From: a virus
Lineage: Duplodnaviria > Caudoviricetes
Length of the DNA stretch: 64,000 bases
Reading direction: 5' to 3' (one strand)
Virus record (IMG/VR): IMGVR_UViG_2863389319_000001
Shown here: piece after piece, positions 9,394 to 19,034 of the stretch
How the letters are laid out: every line of letters begins with the position of its first letter
How positions within the stretch are numbered: the stretch's first letter is position 1
Notes under the pieces: model-generated
What the model was told of the DNA's origin: nothing
Databases searched by the model: none
What the model saw: the letters and a program-made list of their open reading frames with translations, nothing else
Made by a program: the position numbers and the translations under genes

Positions 9394-10503
9394 ATGGCAC
9401 GTGGTCACGGCCGCATCCTCACCAGCGTCTGGGAGGACAGCGACTTCCTCGCTCTGACGCAGGAACAGCAGCGCCTGTACCTGTTCCTCATCTCGCAGCC
9501 GAACCTGAACCACGCTGGGCTGCTCCCACTTACCCTCCGCCGCTGGACCCGCAAGGCGGCCGGGCTCAGCTTCGCCGAACTCGACAAGCATCTCGCCGCC
9601 CTGGACGAGACCCGGTTCATCGTCGTCGACGACGACACCGAGGAGTTGCTCGTCCGCTCGTTCGTCCGCAACGACGGCGTATGGAAGCAGCCCAAGGTGA
9701 TGGGCGCGATGGTGTCCGGCGCCATGGAGATTTCTTCCCGGCACTTGCGGCAGGCCCTGCTGGACGAGATGGACCGCATCCCCCTCGATGAGCTCAGTGA
9801 CGAGCCGGCGAAGCTGCGCACCGGCACCGGCCCCTCGATTCGCCAGCAGGTTGCCGAGCACATCGAGACTCTTCGTCGCGCCTTCCGCAAGCCCGACGGA
9901 ACCCCTCCCGAAAGGGCCACGCCAGGGGGTATCGAAAGCCCCTCGCGAACCCCTTCCGCAACCCCCTCCGATACCCATGCGGAAGGGCATCGGGAACCCT
10001 CTACGCGTGCGGGCGCGGGCGCGCATGACGCGCGCGCTCCCCTGCCCCTGTCCCCTGCCCCTAACCCCAGCCCCATACAAGACGTCGTCGCGACCGTCGT
10101 CGACATCCGCCCCGCCGACGCTCGCCCTGCCGAGCCTCGCCGGCTCGACGTCGAACAAGCCTGCACACTCCTCGCCGACCTCATCGAAGCCAACGGAAGC
10201 CGCCGGCCCGCCATCACCCAGCAGTGGCGCGACGAAGCCCGCCGCATGATCGACCGCGACAGCATCCCCCTCGAAGATGTCCTCGCCGCCATCCGCTGGT
10301 CCCAAGCCGACCCGTTCTGGCGCGCCAACATCCTGTCAATGCCCAAGCTCCGCAAGCAGTACGACACCCTGCGCCTCCAGGCCCAGCGCAAGGGAAACCC
10401 CTCCAGCGGCCTCGCCGCCACCGGCACCGACGCCCGGGTCGCCGAGCACTACGCCCTCAAAGCACAGATGGTCGCCCTCTACAACGCCACGGAGACGCGA
10501 TGA
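9394..10503 (+). CDS. Phage replication initiator 1
   Basis: N-terminal MARGHGRILTSVWEDSDF; C-terminal FWRANILSMPKLRKQYDTL DnaD-like tail; repeat-rich linker. Confidence 0.75.
   Translation: MARGHGRILTSVWEDSDFLALTQEQQRLYLFLISQPNLNHAGLLPLTLRRWTRKAAGLSFAELDKHLAALDETRFIVVDDDTEELLVRSFVRNDGVWKQPKVMGAMVSGAMEISSRHLRQALLDEMDRIPLDELSDEPAKLRTGTGPSIRQQVAEHIETLRRAFRKPDGTPPERATPGGIESPSRTPSATPSDTHAEGHREPSTRAGAGAHDARAPLPLSPAPNPSPIQDVVATVVDIRPADARPAEPRRLDVEQACTLLADLIEANGSRRPAITQQWRDEARRMIDRDSIPLEDVLAAIRWSQADPFWRANILSMPKLRKQYDTLRLQAQRKGNPSSGLAATGTDARVAEHYALKAQMVALYNATETR
9899..10000 (+). repeat. Approximately 12-bp periodic iteron-like repeats within initiator 1
   Basis: CCCCTCGCGAA / CCCTTCCGCAA / CCCCTCCGATA / CCCATGCGGAA at about 12-bp spacing. 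Confidence 0.5.
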
Positions 10504-11126
10504 ACCCGTTCGAAGCAGCCGACCTCCTCGCCTACGCCGCCGCCTTCGACAACCGACACCCCTCCATCGCCGCGAACGAGGCCTGGGCCAAGGCCCTCGC
10601 CGACATCCCCCTCGACCAGGATGTCTACGACGCGATCAACGCGTACTACTCCGAGCCCACCGAGCCCGGCCAGCGACACTGGCTCATGCCGTTCCATGTG
10701 CGGCACTACCGCAAGATCGCCCGCGATCAGCGCATCGACGCCGCCAACGTGATCTACGACGGCAACCCCGACGAGACCGGCCTCGAATCCGCCCATGGCC
10801 TTCGCGCGCTCATCCGGGCCGCCGGTGACGGCCAACTCGGCGACCGGCCCGTCCTGCAGGCGATACCCGACCGGCGCCCCACCGAACTCGAGGCCGGGCG
10901 GACCAGCCGACTGCAGGAAGCCCTTGCGGCCATCGGCACCATGCCGCCCCGCATCGTCCCCGGCGTCACCAACCCCCTCGCGGTCGCCTGCCCCCACTGC
11001 GCGGCAGTAGCTGGGCGCCCGTGCCGTACCAAGCTGAGCAAGCGAGCCATGGCCGACCCTCACCCGGCCCGGACCGATCGCGCTCAGCGGGCCGCTGCCG
11101 GCCTTGACGAGGACGAGGCGTCATGA
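10500..11126 (+). CDS. Helicase loader/inhibitor-like protein with C-terminal zinc finger
   Basis: EAADLLAYAAAFDNR...AW...L N-terminus, CPHCAAVAGRPC...HPAR; follows initiator. Confidence 0.6.
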   Translation: MNPFEAADLLAYAAAFDNRHPSIAANEAWAKALADIPLDQDVYDAINAYYSEPTEPGQRHWLMPFHVRHYRKIARDQRIDAANVIYDGNPDETGLESAHGLRALIRAAGDGQLGDRPVLQAIPDRRPTELEAGRTSRLQEALAAIGTMPPRIVPGVTNPLAVACPHCAAVAGRPCRTKLSKRAMADPHPARTDRAQRAAAGLDEDEAS

Positions 11127-11341
11127 GCGCCTCCCCGTGGCCGCCGATCCTGCGAGCGCAGATCCGTGGCCAGCAGCCGCCGGCCCTGCAAGCCACCTGC
11201 CCGCGCTGCAAAGCCACCTCCGGGCAGCCATGCCGAGGTCCGTCCGGCCGTCGGCTCCACCAGGCCCACGCGTCGCGGTACGAGGCAGCAGGCCTGAAGC
11301 CGCAGGTCGTGACTGACACGGACCCGTGGGAGGCGTCATGA
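11123..11341 (+). CDS. Phage zinc-finger protein
   Basis: CPRCKATSGQPC...HASR. Confidence 0.65.
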   Translation: MSASPWPPILRAQIRGQQPPALQATCPRCKATSGQPCRGPSGRRLHQAHASRYEAAGLKPQVVTDTDPWEAS

Positions 11342-11550
11342 CCTCCCAGGTCAGCACAGTGCCGGACGCGGTCGGGGCGGTGATTCAGGCTGTACTGGAT
11401 GAGCACCCGGCGGCGGAGCGGTCCGCGTACGGCTGGCTGATCGTCGAGGCGCTGCGGGCGGACGGCTGGGTCGTGGTCGCGCCGACGGGCCGTGCCACGA
11501 GGGCGGCCGCAGACCCGTCGTCCGCACAGAACGGCTCACAGGGCCGCTGA
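11338..11550 (+). CDS. Hypothetical protein
   Basis: GGAGG RBS, ATGA coupling. Confidence 0.5.
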   Translation: MTSQVSTVPDAVGAVIQAVLDEHPAAERSAYGWLIVEALRADGWVVVAPTGRATRAAADPSSAQNGSQGR

Positions 11551-11627
11551 CGGCTCAAACGTCGCCCGCTTCCTTCTCGGCCCGTGAGGTCGCTCAGCAA
11601 TTTTGGACTCAGCGAAATGAGGCATCT

Positions 11628-11915
11628 ATGCGGTACACCCAGTCTGGGCTCCCGGCGAACGCCGTCACGCACGGCTCCTGCGGGGGCTGGTGGACGGGAC
11701 TCGGCCGGTCCCACTGCGCGTCCTGTCACGAGACGTTCAGCGGCGAGTCCGCGGCCGGACGGCACCGGGTCGGCGCGCACGGCGTCGACAGACGCTGCAT
11801 GGACCCGGCGACCGTCGGGCTGGTGGCCCGGCCGATGCCGTTCGGGACGCTGTGGTCGTGGCCAGCGCCGGAAGTTGCACTGTCGGCGCTGCGCGGTGGG
11901 GCGGTGGCGTCGTGA
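11628..11915 (+). CDS. FDXHR-like phage zinc-binding protein
   Basis: HCASCHETFSGESAAGRHR...RCMDP. Confidence 0.65.
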   Translation: MRYTQSGLPANAVTHGSCGGWWTGLGRSHCASCHETFSGESAAGRHRVGAHGVDRRCMDPATVGLVARPMPFGTLWSWPAPEVALSALRGGAVAS

Positions 11916-12328
11916 CTGGTCAGCAGACGTTCAGCGGGAAACCCGCGCGCGGTGCCGCGGAGCCGTTGCCGACGCGGGAGCAGCTGCTGAACCTGGTGAA
12001 CCGAACGGAGCGGCATGTCCTGACGCCAGCCGAGACGCATCAGCTGCGGGTCGGGGTGGTGCATCTCGCGTCGCAGCTGGGTGGTGCTGGGGCGGCGATT
12101 CGCCGGTTGACGGCGGAGCGGGATGCGGCGCGTCGTGAGCGTGACGAGGCGGTGCGCGAGCTGGCCTTGTCGGGTCCGCAGGTGGTCGGCTGCCCGTTCT
12201 GTGGGGCGTCGGCGGGTGAGCGCTGTACGTCGGTACGTGGCGCGGAGCCGCCGCGGCAGCCGCACGTGGCCAGGTTGGATGCAGCCCAGCGGTGGGTGTT
12301 CCGGCAGGCGCTGAACGAAGCGTCATGA
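11912..12328 (+). CDS. Coiled-coil plus zinc-finger protein
   Basis: CPFCGASAGERC...HVAR. Confidence 0.6.
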   Translation: MTGQQTFSGKPARGAAEPLPTREQLLNLVNRTERHVLTPAETHQLRVGVVHLASQLGGAGAAIRRLTAERDAARRERDEAVRELALSGPQVVGCPFCGASAGERCTSVRGAEPPRQPHVARLDAAQRWVFRQALNEAS

Positions 12329-12393
12329 CCGTATCCGGGCAGCACGATGCGCCCCACGGTGTTCACCGTGTGGCTGGGCGGGGGCGGGGCGGG

Positions 12394-12636
12394 TCAGTCC
12401 TGGGTAGTGGCTTCGGACTCGGCGACGGAAGACCAGGGGCCGGCTGCGGGCCGTTCGGGGAGTTTGGCTCCGGGTCGGCGCATGTACCAGCGGATGAATT
12501 CTCGGAGGACGGCTGCGCGGGGGCTGCGGCCTTCGGGGTGCATTGCTTTGGTGGCGTCGAGGAATGGGGCCCACTCTGTGGCGTTCGGGACGCGGATGTT
12601 CTTGGACTTCTCGTAGTCGTCGCTTGTCTTGACCAT
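12394..12636 (-). CDS. Small RHH-like DNA-binding protein
   Basis: KNIRVP beta-strand then helices ...RAAVLREFIRWY; divergent from 12802. Confidence 0.6.
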   Translation of the reverse strand: MVKTSDDYEKSKNIRVPNATEWAPFLDATKAMHPEGRSPRAAVLREFIRWYMRRPGAKLPERPAAGPWSSVAESEATTQD

Positions 12637-12654
12637 GCTCGCATGGTATCGGCC

Positions 12655-12758
12655 TGTACCCACAAGGGCAACGGCAAGCGAGCCGCCATGTACCCACAAG
12701 ATTCTTTGGCAGGCCCCTTGTCTTGCACCCACAAGATGCGTAGCGTTGCACCCACAAG
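12655..12758 (+). repeat. Four direct repeats TGYACCCACAAG (operator array)
   Basis: Copies at 12655, 12689, 12724, 12747 in a divergent intergenic region. Confidence 0.85.
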
Positions 12759-12801
12759 GAACGGCGCCGGGCCGGACCAAGTAGCAACACTGGAGCGCCC
12801 G

Positions 12802-13131
12802 ATGCTCGCCGCCACCCGCACCGCCCGCCAGGCCCTCCGCTCCCGCCGCCACGCCAACCAGAAGCGCACCATCGCCACCTTCGTCGGCAAGACCACCACC
12901 GACACCGCGACCGCCAAGGCCGTCACCGCCGCCCTCCGCAAGACCGCCCGCACCCTCCGTGCCACCGGCCAGCTCGGCAAGGTCCAGACCCGCATCGGCC
13001 GCGTCGCCGCCGGCGTCATCGGCCCCGTCTACCGCTACACCGCCGCACAGATCGCCCGGATCGCCGCCGCCTACCGGCCCCGCAAAGCCGAGTACAAGAC
13101 CGTCGCGCTGCGCCTCGCCCTCGCCGCCTGA
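12802..13131 (+). CDS. Highly basic Ala/Arg/Thr-rich protein
   Basis: GGAG RBS; strongly C-ending codons; YRPRKAEYK. Confidence 0.65.
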   Translation: MLAATRTARQALRSRRHANQKRTIATFVGKTTTDTATAKAVTAALRKTARTLRATGQLGKVQTRIGRVAAGVIGPVYRYTAAQIARIAAAYRPRKAEYKTVALRLALAA

Positions 13132-13180
13132 CCGCCACCCAGACCACCCGCCCGCGCACCACCGCATGAAAGGCCCTGCC

Positions 13181-13396
13181 GTGACCATCACTCCCGCCTG
13201 GGAAATCACCTGGACTGAACTCGTCGACGAGTTCGGTACGACCGAGAACTACCTCGCTCGCGCATTCAGTCAGGCCGCAGCCGATCGCATCATCGCCGAC
13301 TGCCTGGACAACGAGTGGGCCGAGAACATCACCGTACGCAAGACCAAGGCGAAGATCACCAACCCGGAGCACCCGCTGTACAAGGCGGCCGTCTAA
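13181..13396 (+). CDS. Hypothetical protein
   Basis: AAAGG RBS; TAATG coupling to next ORF. Confidence 0.55.
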   Translation: MTITPAWEITWTELVDEFGTTENYLARAFSQAAADRIIADCLDNEWAENITVRKTKAKITNPEHPLYKAAV

Positions 13397-13638
13397 TGGC
13401 CACGACGAAGCTCATGTACCGCGTCACTGCCACAGACAACGGGGGTTGCCGCTACGGCAGCGACTCCACGGGCGCGGATCCGCGGGCCCTCGCGGACCGG
13501 GTCGCAGCTGAGACCCGCAGCGCCCGGCCCGACATGTCCGGCCCGCTCACCGTCCACGTGTGGGCCGCCCGCGACGGCGAGCACTCCCGCCTGCCCATCC
13601 CCGCCGACGCCGTGCGGTTCGACTACCCCGCCGTCTGA
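13396..13638 (+). CDS. Hypothetical protein
   Basis: Coupled ORF. Confidence 0.5.
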   Translation: MATTKLMYRVTATDNGGCRYGSDSTGADPRALADRVAAETRSARPDMSGPLTVHVWAARDGEHSRLPIPADAVRFDYPAV

Positions 13639-13713
13639 TGGCCGCCCGGGTGCCCGTCCCGTACGGGCACCCTGCCACCCAGCCCGCCGCCTGACCGAGA
13701 GGGAAACCGCGCC

Positions 13714-15423
13714 GTGAGCAAGTCCACGACCATCCGTCGCACCGCCACCCACCGACCAGCCACCAGGCGCCGCCGCTTCCGCAACGACGACCTCATCGCA
13801 GTCGACCTGTTCTCCGGCTTCGGAGGCCTGACCCGCGGCATCGAAACGGCCGGGTTCACCACGATCATGGCCGCCAACCACAACGCCTACAAAGTCGAGG
13901 TCCACGAGGCGAACCACCCCAACGCCGAACACTGGATCGCCGACCTGGTCGACCCCGACGCAGCGGACTACCACTCCGCCCGAGACCTGCCCGCAGCCGA
14001 CCTCCTCGTCGCCGGCGTCTCCTGCGTCAACCACTCGCAGGCCAACACCCAGAAGGCCTACGAGCAGCGGATGTCCCTCTTCGACCTCGACGACCCCGAC
14101 TTCGACGCCCGCGTCACCAGGTCCGAGCGAGACCGGGCCACCGCGAATTGCGTTTTGCACTATGCCGCCCAGCACCACCCGCGGCTGATCATCGTCGAGT
14201 GCACCACCGAACTCACCTCCTGGGGCCCAGCTCTCCCCGGCCGCCCGAAGGTCGGAGACGGCTCCACCTACCGGTGGTGGCTCAAACAGTTCGACCTGCT
14301 CGGCTACCAGCACAAGGTCCTGTACCTGAACTCGATGTTCTTCGGCGTGCCGCAGTCACGCGACCGCCTGTACATCGCTTTCTCGGACAAGTCTCTTCCC
14401 ACGCCCGACCTCGACCACAGGCCCGTGTCGCGGTGTCACCACTGCGATCGAGATGTTGAGGCCGTGTGGTCGTGGAAGACCGGGATCCCCGCGACCGGGT
14501 CGGTGCGCTACGGCAAGCAGTACGAGTACCGCTGCCCGAGCTGTCACCGTCCGGTCGTCCCTCCGATGACGCCGTCGCTGGCTGCCCTCGACCTGAGCAA
14601 CCTCGGCACCCGCATCGGGGACCGGCCCAAGCCCCTCGCCGCAACCACGATGGCCCGCGCGGAGCGGTGCCGCCGACGGTTCGCAGAGTTCCCCGCCGTC
14701 CTCATGCCGGCCAAGGCCGTGCACGGCAGCGAACGGCACCCGTGGCAGCCGATGTCGACCCAGACCAGTCAGCAGGAGACCGCGATCCTGTCCACTGGCA
14801 CGGTGATCGCCGCGCATCGGCACAACGGCGACGGACAGCACATCACCCTGCCGATGGACACGGTCACCACGACGCACGAGAAAGCGCTGCTGCTCGCCGT
14901 CGACAACTTCCAGGGCAGCCCCCGCGGCGTCCATGAACCGCTGCCGACGCAGGGCGGCTCGGAGACCCTCGGACTTCTGTCCGCCGGGGTGATGCCGTAC
15001 CGGAAGAACACCCTCCCTTCGATGCACGTCGAGGCGATGCCGACGGTCACCGCCGAACAGATCCCCGGCCTGCTGTTCTCCGGCTGGTACAAGCAGAACG
15101 GTTCCGTGGGGAACGAGACCGCGCCGCACCCCATGACCGACTCGCTTGGCACCCTTACCGCCCGCGATACCACTGCGCTGCTCATGGCCGAGTGGCGGGC
15201 CGCGCTCAGCGAGCTGCGGCTGGAGGACTGCTACTTCCGCATGATGCGGGAGTACGAGATCGGCCGCGGCTGCGGCTTTGACGTCAACTTCCCCGGCTAC
15301 GAAGGCTCGTTCGTCGTGTGGGGTAGCGCCCGCGACCAGGTCGACGGATACGGGAACGCCGTATCTCCTCAGGTCGGAACCTGGATCGGGTCCCGCCTGC
15401 GCTCCATTCTCCACGGCGTCTGA
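13714..15423 (+). CDS. C5 cytosine DNA methyltransferase (phage type)
   Basis: DLFSGFGG (motif I), GVSC (IV variant), VEC (VI variant), PQSRDR (VIII), GNAVSP (X). Confidence 0.9.
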   Translation: MSKSTTIRRTATHRPATRRRRFRNDDLIAVDLFSGFGGLTRGIETAGFTTIMAANHNAYKVEVHEANHPNAEHWIADLVDPDAADYHSARDLPAADLLVAGVSCVNHSQANTQKAYEQRMSLFDLDDPDFDARVTRSERDRATANCVLHYAAQHHPRLIIVECTTELTSWGPALPGRPKVGDGSTYRWWLKQFDLLGYQHKVLYLNSMFFGVPQSRDRLYIAFSDKSLPTPDLDHRPVSRCHHCDRDVEAVWSWKTGIPATGSVRYGKQYEYRCPSCHRPVVPPMTPSLAALDLSNLGTRIGDRPKPLAATTMARAERCRRRFAEFPAVLMPAKAVHGSERHPWQPMSTQTSQQETAILSTGTVIAAHRHNGDGQHITLPMDTVTTTHEKALLLAVDNFQGSPRGVHEPLPTQGGSETLGLLSAGVMPYRKNTLPSMHVEAMPTVTAEQIPGLLFSGWYKQNGSVGNETAPHPMTDSLGTLTARDTTALLMAEWRAALSELRLEDCYFRMMREYEIGRGCGFDVNFPGYEGSFVVWGSARDQVDGYGNAVSPQVGTWIGSRLRSILHGV

Positions 15424-15483
15424 CGCCCCGTCTGACGGTCGTCATCACCCGCTAGCCACCCGCACACCAACCCGGAGACCACT

Positions 15484-15717
15484 GTGAGCACCCAGAACAC
15501 CACCACTGTCAGCATCCCCCAGCACGTTGCGGACGAGTTCGTCGACGCGTTCACCATCGAGATCGCGACCGATCTTGCGCAGCAGCTCAGCTGCCACGAA
15601 GTCGGCAAGCTTGCCGACCTGTTGACCGCGCTCGGCGCGCCAGATGTCGCTGCTGTCTGGATCGAGGAGCACTCGCTTGGCGACGACAACAGCGACAGTC
15701 ACCACCTCGGCAACTAG
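15484..15717 (+). CDS. Acidic hypothetical protein
   Basis: GGAG RBS + GTG. Confidence 0.55.
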   Translation: MSTQNTTTVSIPQHVADEFVDAFTIEIATDLAQQLSCHEVGKLADLLTALGAPDVAAVWIEEHSLGDDNSDSHHLGN

Positions 15718-15772
15718 TGGTTCCCTGCCCGGCGGTTGTCGCCACCGGGCCTGCCCTCCCAAGGAGCCCCGA

Positions 15773-16231
15773 ATGACCACGCCCGTGATGACCGCCACAC
15801 CCGCCGAGACTGTCCAGGCTCTTCCGGACTCCCTGATCACGGCGTTCTACGCGCGCACCGAGCCGCTGCCCGGCGGCCATCTCGCCTGGACCGGCGCCCG
15901 CGATGGTCACGGCGTTGGTGTTCTCACACACCGCCGGGGCCGATACACCGCAGCCCGGATCGGTTTCCGTCTCGCGAACGGCACCGATCCGGTCGGACCG
16001 GTCAAGGCTGGCTGCGGGATGTCGGGTTGTGTCGAGCCGACCCACCTCGACGATCGACCTCGGCGTGCCCGTGACCGTGCCGCGCTTCGGATCGTCCTGG
16101 CCCCGCCGAGGCCGCTGTGCGCCTTCTGCGAGGAGCCGGTGACTTCGGGCCGGGTCGATTCGGCGTACTGCGGCAAGAGTTGCCGGCAGAAGGCCTATTA
16201 CTGGCGCGTTGCCGGGCGCCGCGCCAGTTGA
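15773..16231 (+). CDS. Degenerate HNH-like zinc-binding-loop protein with C-terminal zinc finger
   Basis: WTGARDGHG...CGMSGCVEPTHL; CAFC...YCGKSCRQKAY. Confidence 0.6.
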   Translation: MTTPVMTATPAETVQALPDSLITAFYARTEPLPGGHLAWTGARDGHGVGVLTHRRGRYTAARIGFRLANGTDPVGPVKAGCGMSGCVEPTHLDDRPRRARDRAALRIVLAPPRPLCAFCEEPVTSGRVDSAYCGKSCRQKAYYWRVAGRRAS

Positions 16232-16296
16232 CGGGCCACCAGCCACGTGCCCGCGAATCATCCCACCAGCTGCCACACACTCCTTGGAGCCCCGCC

Positions 16297-16659
16297 ATGA
16301 CCGACCAGCCCGTACAGCTCGCCGTCCCGCTCAAGACCGGCGTCACAGAGACCTGGGAGTCCTTCCCGACCAACACCCCCGGTCTCCTCGCCGATGAGAT
16401 CCCCGAGCACCACCGCCAGCCTGGCGAGAGGGCGCACTGGCGAATCAGCCACCACTCCGGGCTGACCTTCGGCGCCTTCTATACGAAGCAGGCCGTGTTC
16501 ACGGCCGCCGAGTACGTCGCCGACATGGCGGACTGGACGCGCCCCGCCGAGGAACTCGCCGCAGATCCGGGCCTCGATCTGGACGAGCTGTTCACGCGGG
16601 TGCTGCAGGCCGATGGGATCCCGCTGTTCCGCACCATCCCCGCCGCCCCGACTGCCTGA
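16297..16659 (+). CDS. Hypothetical phage protein
   Basis: GGAG RBS; high GC3. Confidence 0.6.
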   Translation: MTDQPVQLAVPLKTGVTETWESFPTNTPGLLADEIPEHHRQPGERAHWRISHHSGLTFGAFYTKQAVFTAAEYVADMADWTRPAEELAADPGLDLDELFTRVLQADGIPLFRTIPAAPTA

Positions 16660-16669
16660 GGAGCCCACC

Positions 16670-16981
16670 ATGTCCGACTCTGAGATCCCAGCCAGCGCCG
16701 ACGGCATGCCGAACCCCGGCATCTATCGGCCATCGATGTTCATCTGCGGCGTCAACCAGGCCGACTCGTACGTCCTGTTCGACGCCCGACCCGGTGCCGA
16801 CATCGCCGCCGCCCTGCTGCAGGAAGTCACCGACTGGTGGCAGTCCCTGCGGTCGCTGCCCGACGGCATCGTCCCAGACGGCGTGCAGCAGGCGATGGAC
16901 GCTCTGCACAACGCGGCGTGCGGCTGGAGCGAGTGGCTCGCCCAGTCCGAGAAGCACAATCCGACCGGAGACGCCCGATGA
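16670..16981 (+). CDS. Hypothetical phage protein
   Basis: GAGGAG RBS. Confidence 0.55.
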   Translation: MSDSEIPASADGMPNPGIYRPSMFICGVNQADSYVLFDARPGADIAAALLQEVTDWWQSLRSLPDGIVPDGVQQAMDALHNAACGWSEWLAQSEKHNPTGDAR

Positions 16982-17211
16982 CCGCCACCGAGTGGGTGCT
17001 GACCCCGCAGAACCTTGGCGAACTGTGGAACCTGATCGGCCACGCCAAGCAGCACCAGTCCTACCCCGAGGGCAGCCGCCGACTGCAGGTCGACGGCCTC
17101 ACCATCTGGCCGCATGCCGACCGGCCCCGTACGTGGGCCCGGTTCGGCGACACGATCCGCCGCGACGGCCAGCGTTGGACCGTCACCACCCCCGAGGGAG
17201 GCCCCCGATGA
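16978..17211 (+). CDS. Hypothetical phage protein
   Basis: ATGA coupling. Confidence 0.55.
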   Translation: MTATEWVLTPQNLGELWNLIGHAKQHQSYPEGSRRLQVDGLTIWPHADRPRTWARFGDTIRRDGQRWTVTTPEGGPR

Positions 17212-17600
17212 CCGCCCCGACCCGTATCCAGCGCCGCCGTACGAAGGGCTGGCGCTGCCCCGACAACACCGTGATCGTGAGCAGGCCGTCCCGCTTCGGG
17301 AACCCGTTCACGATCCAGGGATGCATCGACGCCGAGTGGACCGACAGCGTCGCCGAGGCGCGCCGGATCTGCACCCAGACGTTCGAAGAATGGCTCGACG
17401 GCAACCTGCTCGGCGGTCCGGGGCCCGATGGCACCGCATGGTCGGCGCAGCGACTCGACTGGATCAACAGCCACCTCGTCGACCTGCGCAGCAAGAACCT
17501 TGCTTGCTACTGCCCGCTGCCCGAGCCGGGCCAGCCCGACCACTGCCACGCCGCGGTGCTCCTGCGCCTCGCCAACTTGACCACCGGAGAACCCCTATGA
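17208..17600 (+). CDS. DUF4326 family protein
   Basis: RIQRRRTKGW...VSRPSRFGNPF...KNLACYCP...CHAAVL. Confidence 0.85.
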   Translation: MTAPTRIQRRRTKGWRCPDNTVIVSRPSRFGNPFTIQGCIDAEWTDSVAEARRICTQTFEEWLDGNLLGGPGPDGTAWSAQRLDWINSHLVDLRSKNLACYCPLPEPGQPDHCHAAVLLRLANLTTGEPL

Positions 17601-18031
17601 CCGTCCCGTTGTCCGACGAGCAGCACGCCGCCATCCGCGCCCGCGAACAGGCCGCCACCCCCGGGCCGTGGACAGTCGAGTGGGACCACGACGACGTCTC
17701 CGACCAGCCGTTCCCCGTCAGCCTCGGGCCGATCGGCTACCTGGAGCACCACGGCGAACGAGACGTCGCCGACGCCGAGTTCATCGCCCATGCCCGCGAG
17801 GACGTGCCGCTGCTGCTCGCGGAGGTGGACCGGTTGCGCGCCGAGCTGGCCACCGCCCGCGCCGACGCGATCAACGAGGCGATCGGCAGCTTCACCGGCC
17901 TCGCCAATCTGGCCCCCGACTCGCACCGCGCGCCGGGCCTCAACTTCGCGATCGGCGCCCTGATGGCCGTCCGCGACTACCCCGTGCCCGCCGCCCGTAC
18001 GGCCGCCGCTGACGGCCCGCACACCACCTGA
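17597..18031 (+). CDS. Ead/Ea22-like phage protein
   Basis: ATPGPW...DAEFIAHAREDVPLLLAEVDRLRAEL. Confidence 0.7.
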   Translation: MTVPLSDEQHAAIRAREQAATPGPWTVEWDHDDVSDQPFPVSLGPIGYLEHHGERDVADAEFIAHAREDVPLLLAEVDRLRAELATARADAINEAIGSFTGLANLAPDSHRAPGLNFAIGALMAVRDYPVPAARTAAADGPHTT

Positions 18032-18079
18032 CTGCCCACCCCCGGGGCCGCAACCCGCAGCCCCGCCCAAGGAGGTTCG

Positions 18080-18388
18080 ATGTCCATCACCATCGACCAG
18101 ACCATCGACGAACTCCTCGCCTCCGGCCGCGTCCAGGGCGACGTGCAGGTGGCTGGCCGGATCACCGCCGCGGAGCTGCAAACGACCGCGTCCGGCTACG
18201 ACTGGGCTGTGCTCATGCTCGACGACGGGACCGCCGTGATCGAGGTGCATGTGCTGCCGAGGACCTGGCGGGACGTCACCGTCCCGATCCTGACTAACGC
18301 CCGGCTGGCCGTGACCGGCCTGCTCAACGCCGTGTCGGGAGAACTGACCATCATCGCCCTCAGTGTCACCGTCGCCGACCCGGCCTGA
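18080..18388 (+). CDS. OB-fold-like protein
   Basis: VAGRIT...WAVLMLDDGT..IEV...LAVTG resembles DnaE-type OB fold. Confidence 0.55.
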   Translation: MSITIDQTIDELLASGRVQGDVQVAGRITAAELQTTASGYDWAVLMLDDGTAVIEVHVLPRTWRDVTVPILTNARLAVTGLLNAVSGELTIIALSVTVADPA

Positions 18389-18402
18389 CTCAAGGAGCCA
18401 TT

Positions 18403-18594
18403 GTGCCCAACCTCACCGACGAGCAGGTACTCGCCCTTGCCTCCCGCGGTCTCGGCGCCCGCGACATTGCCCACCATCTCGGCGTCGGCGAGCCGGCCGT
18501 CCACACCGCGGTCGCCCGGGTCCGCCGGCGGCTGGACGCCCGCAGCCTCGACCACGCCGTCCAGATCCACCAGACCAGCAAGGAGCAGTCGTGA
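18403..18594 (+). CDS. LuxR-type HTH-only protein
   Basis: EQVLALASRGLGARDIAHHLGVGEPAVHTAVARVRRRL; AAGGAG RBS. Confidence 0.75.
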   Translation: MPNLTDEQVLALASRGLGARDIAHHLGVGEPAVHTAVARVRRRLDARSLDHAVQIHQTSKEQS

Positions 18595-19034
18595 CTGACC
18601 AAACCCCCGCCGAGATCGCCTACCAGTCCTACGGCAACACCACCGGCAACCGGAATTTTCTCGGCCAGCCCATGCCCGTCTGGGACGCGCTCCCGCACGT
18701 CATCCAACTCGCCTGGCAGAACGCCGTCGCCGACGCCATCGTGGCCTCCGCAACGACGCCGCGCGAGGTCGACGTCTACCCCGTCGGCCTATTTGCCGAC
18801 ATCAAGACGTGGGCGGGCGAGCCTGATCGTCGGGCTGCCTGGCGGCGCCTGCTTCGTGACGCCCGACGGGGACTGCGCCGGATGACCTGGCGGCGGTACT
18901 TGACCGCTGGGTTCCTTGCCGAGCCAGGCGTATGGCCTGACGGTCTCGCCCGGGGCGGCTCGGGTTGGACCCGCGGTCGGGCGCTGCGCGACCTGCAGCG
19001 GCGTCCCTCGGTGCCCGGCGAGGTGGCCCGGTGA
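18591..19034 (+). CDS. Hypothetical phage protein
   Basis: AGGAGCAGTCGTGA junction; AYQSYG...MPVWDALP...AW. Confidence 0.55.
   Translation: MTDQTPAEIAYQSYGNTTGNRNFLGQPMPVWDALPHVIQLAWQNAVADAIVASATTPREVDVYPVGLFADIKTWAGEPDRRAAWRRLLRDARRGLRRMTWRRYLTAGFLAEPGVWPDGLARGGSGWTRGRALRDLQRRPSVPGEVAR

Noticed and set aside
12655-12758. Repeats as a mini-CRISPR
   Set aside because: 12-bp repeats with 11-23 bp gaps are too short; they fit operators
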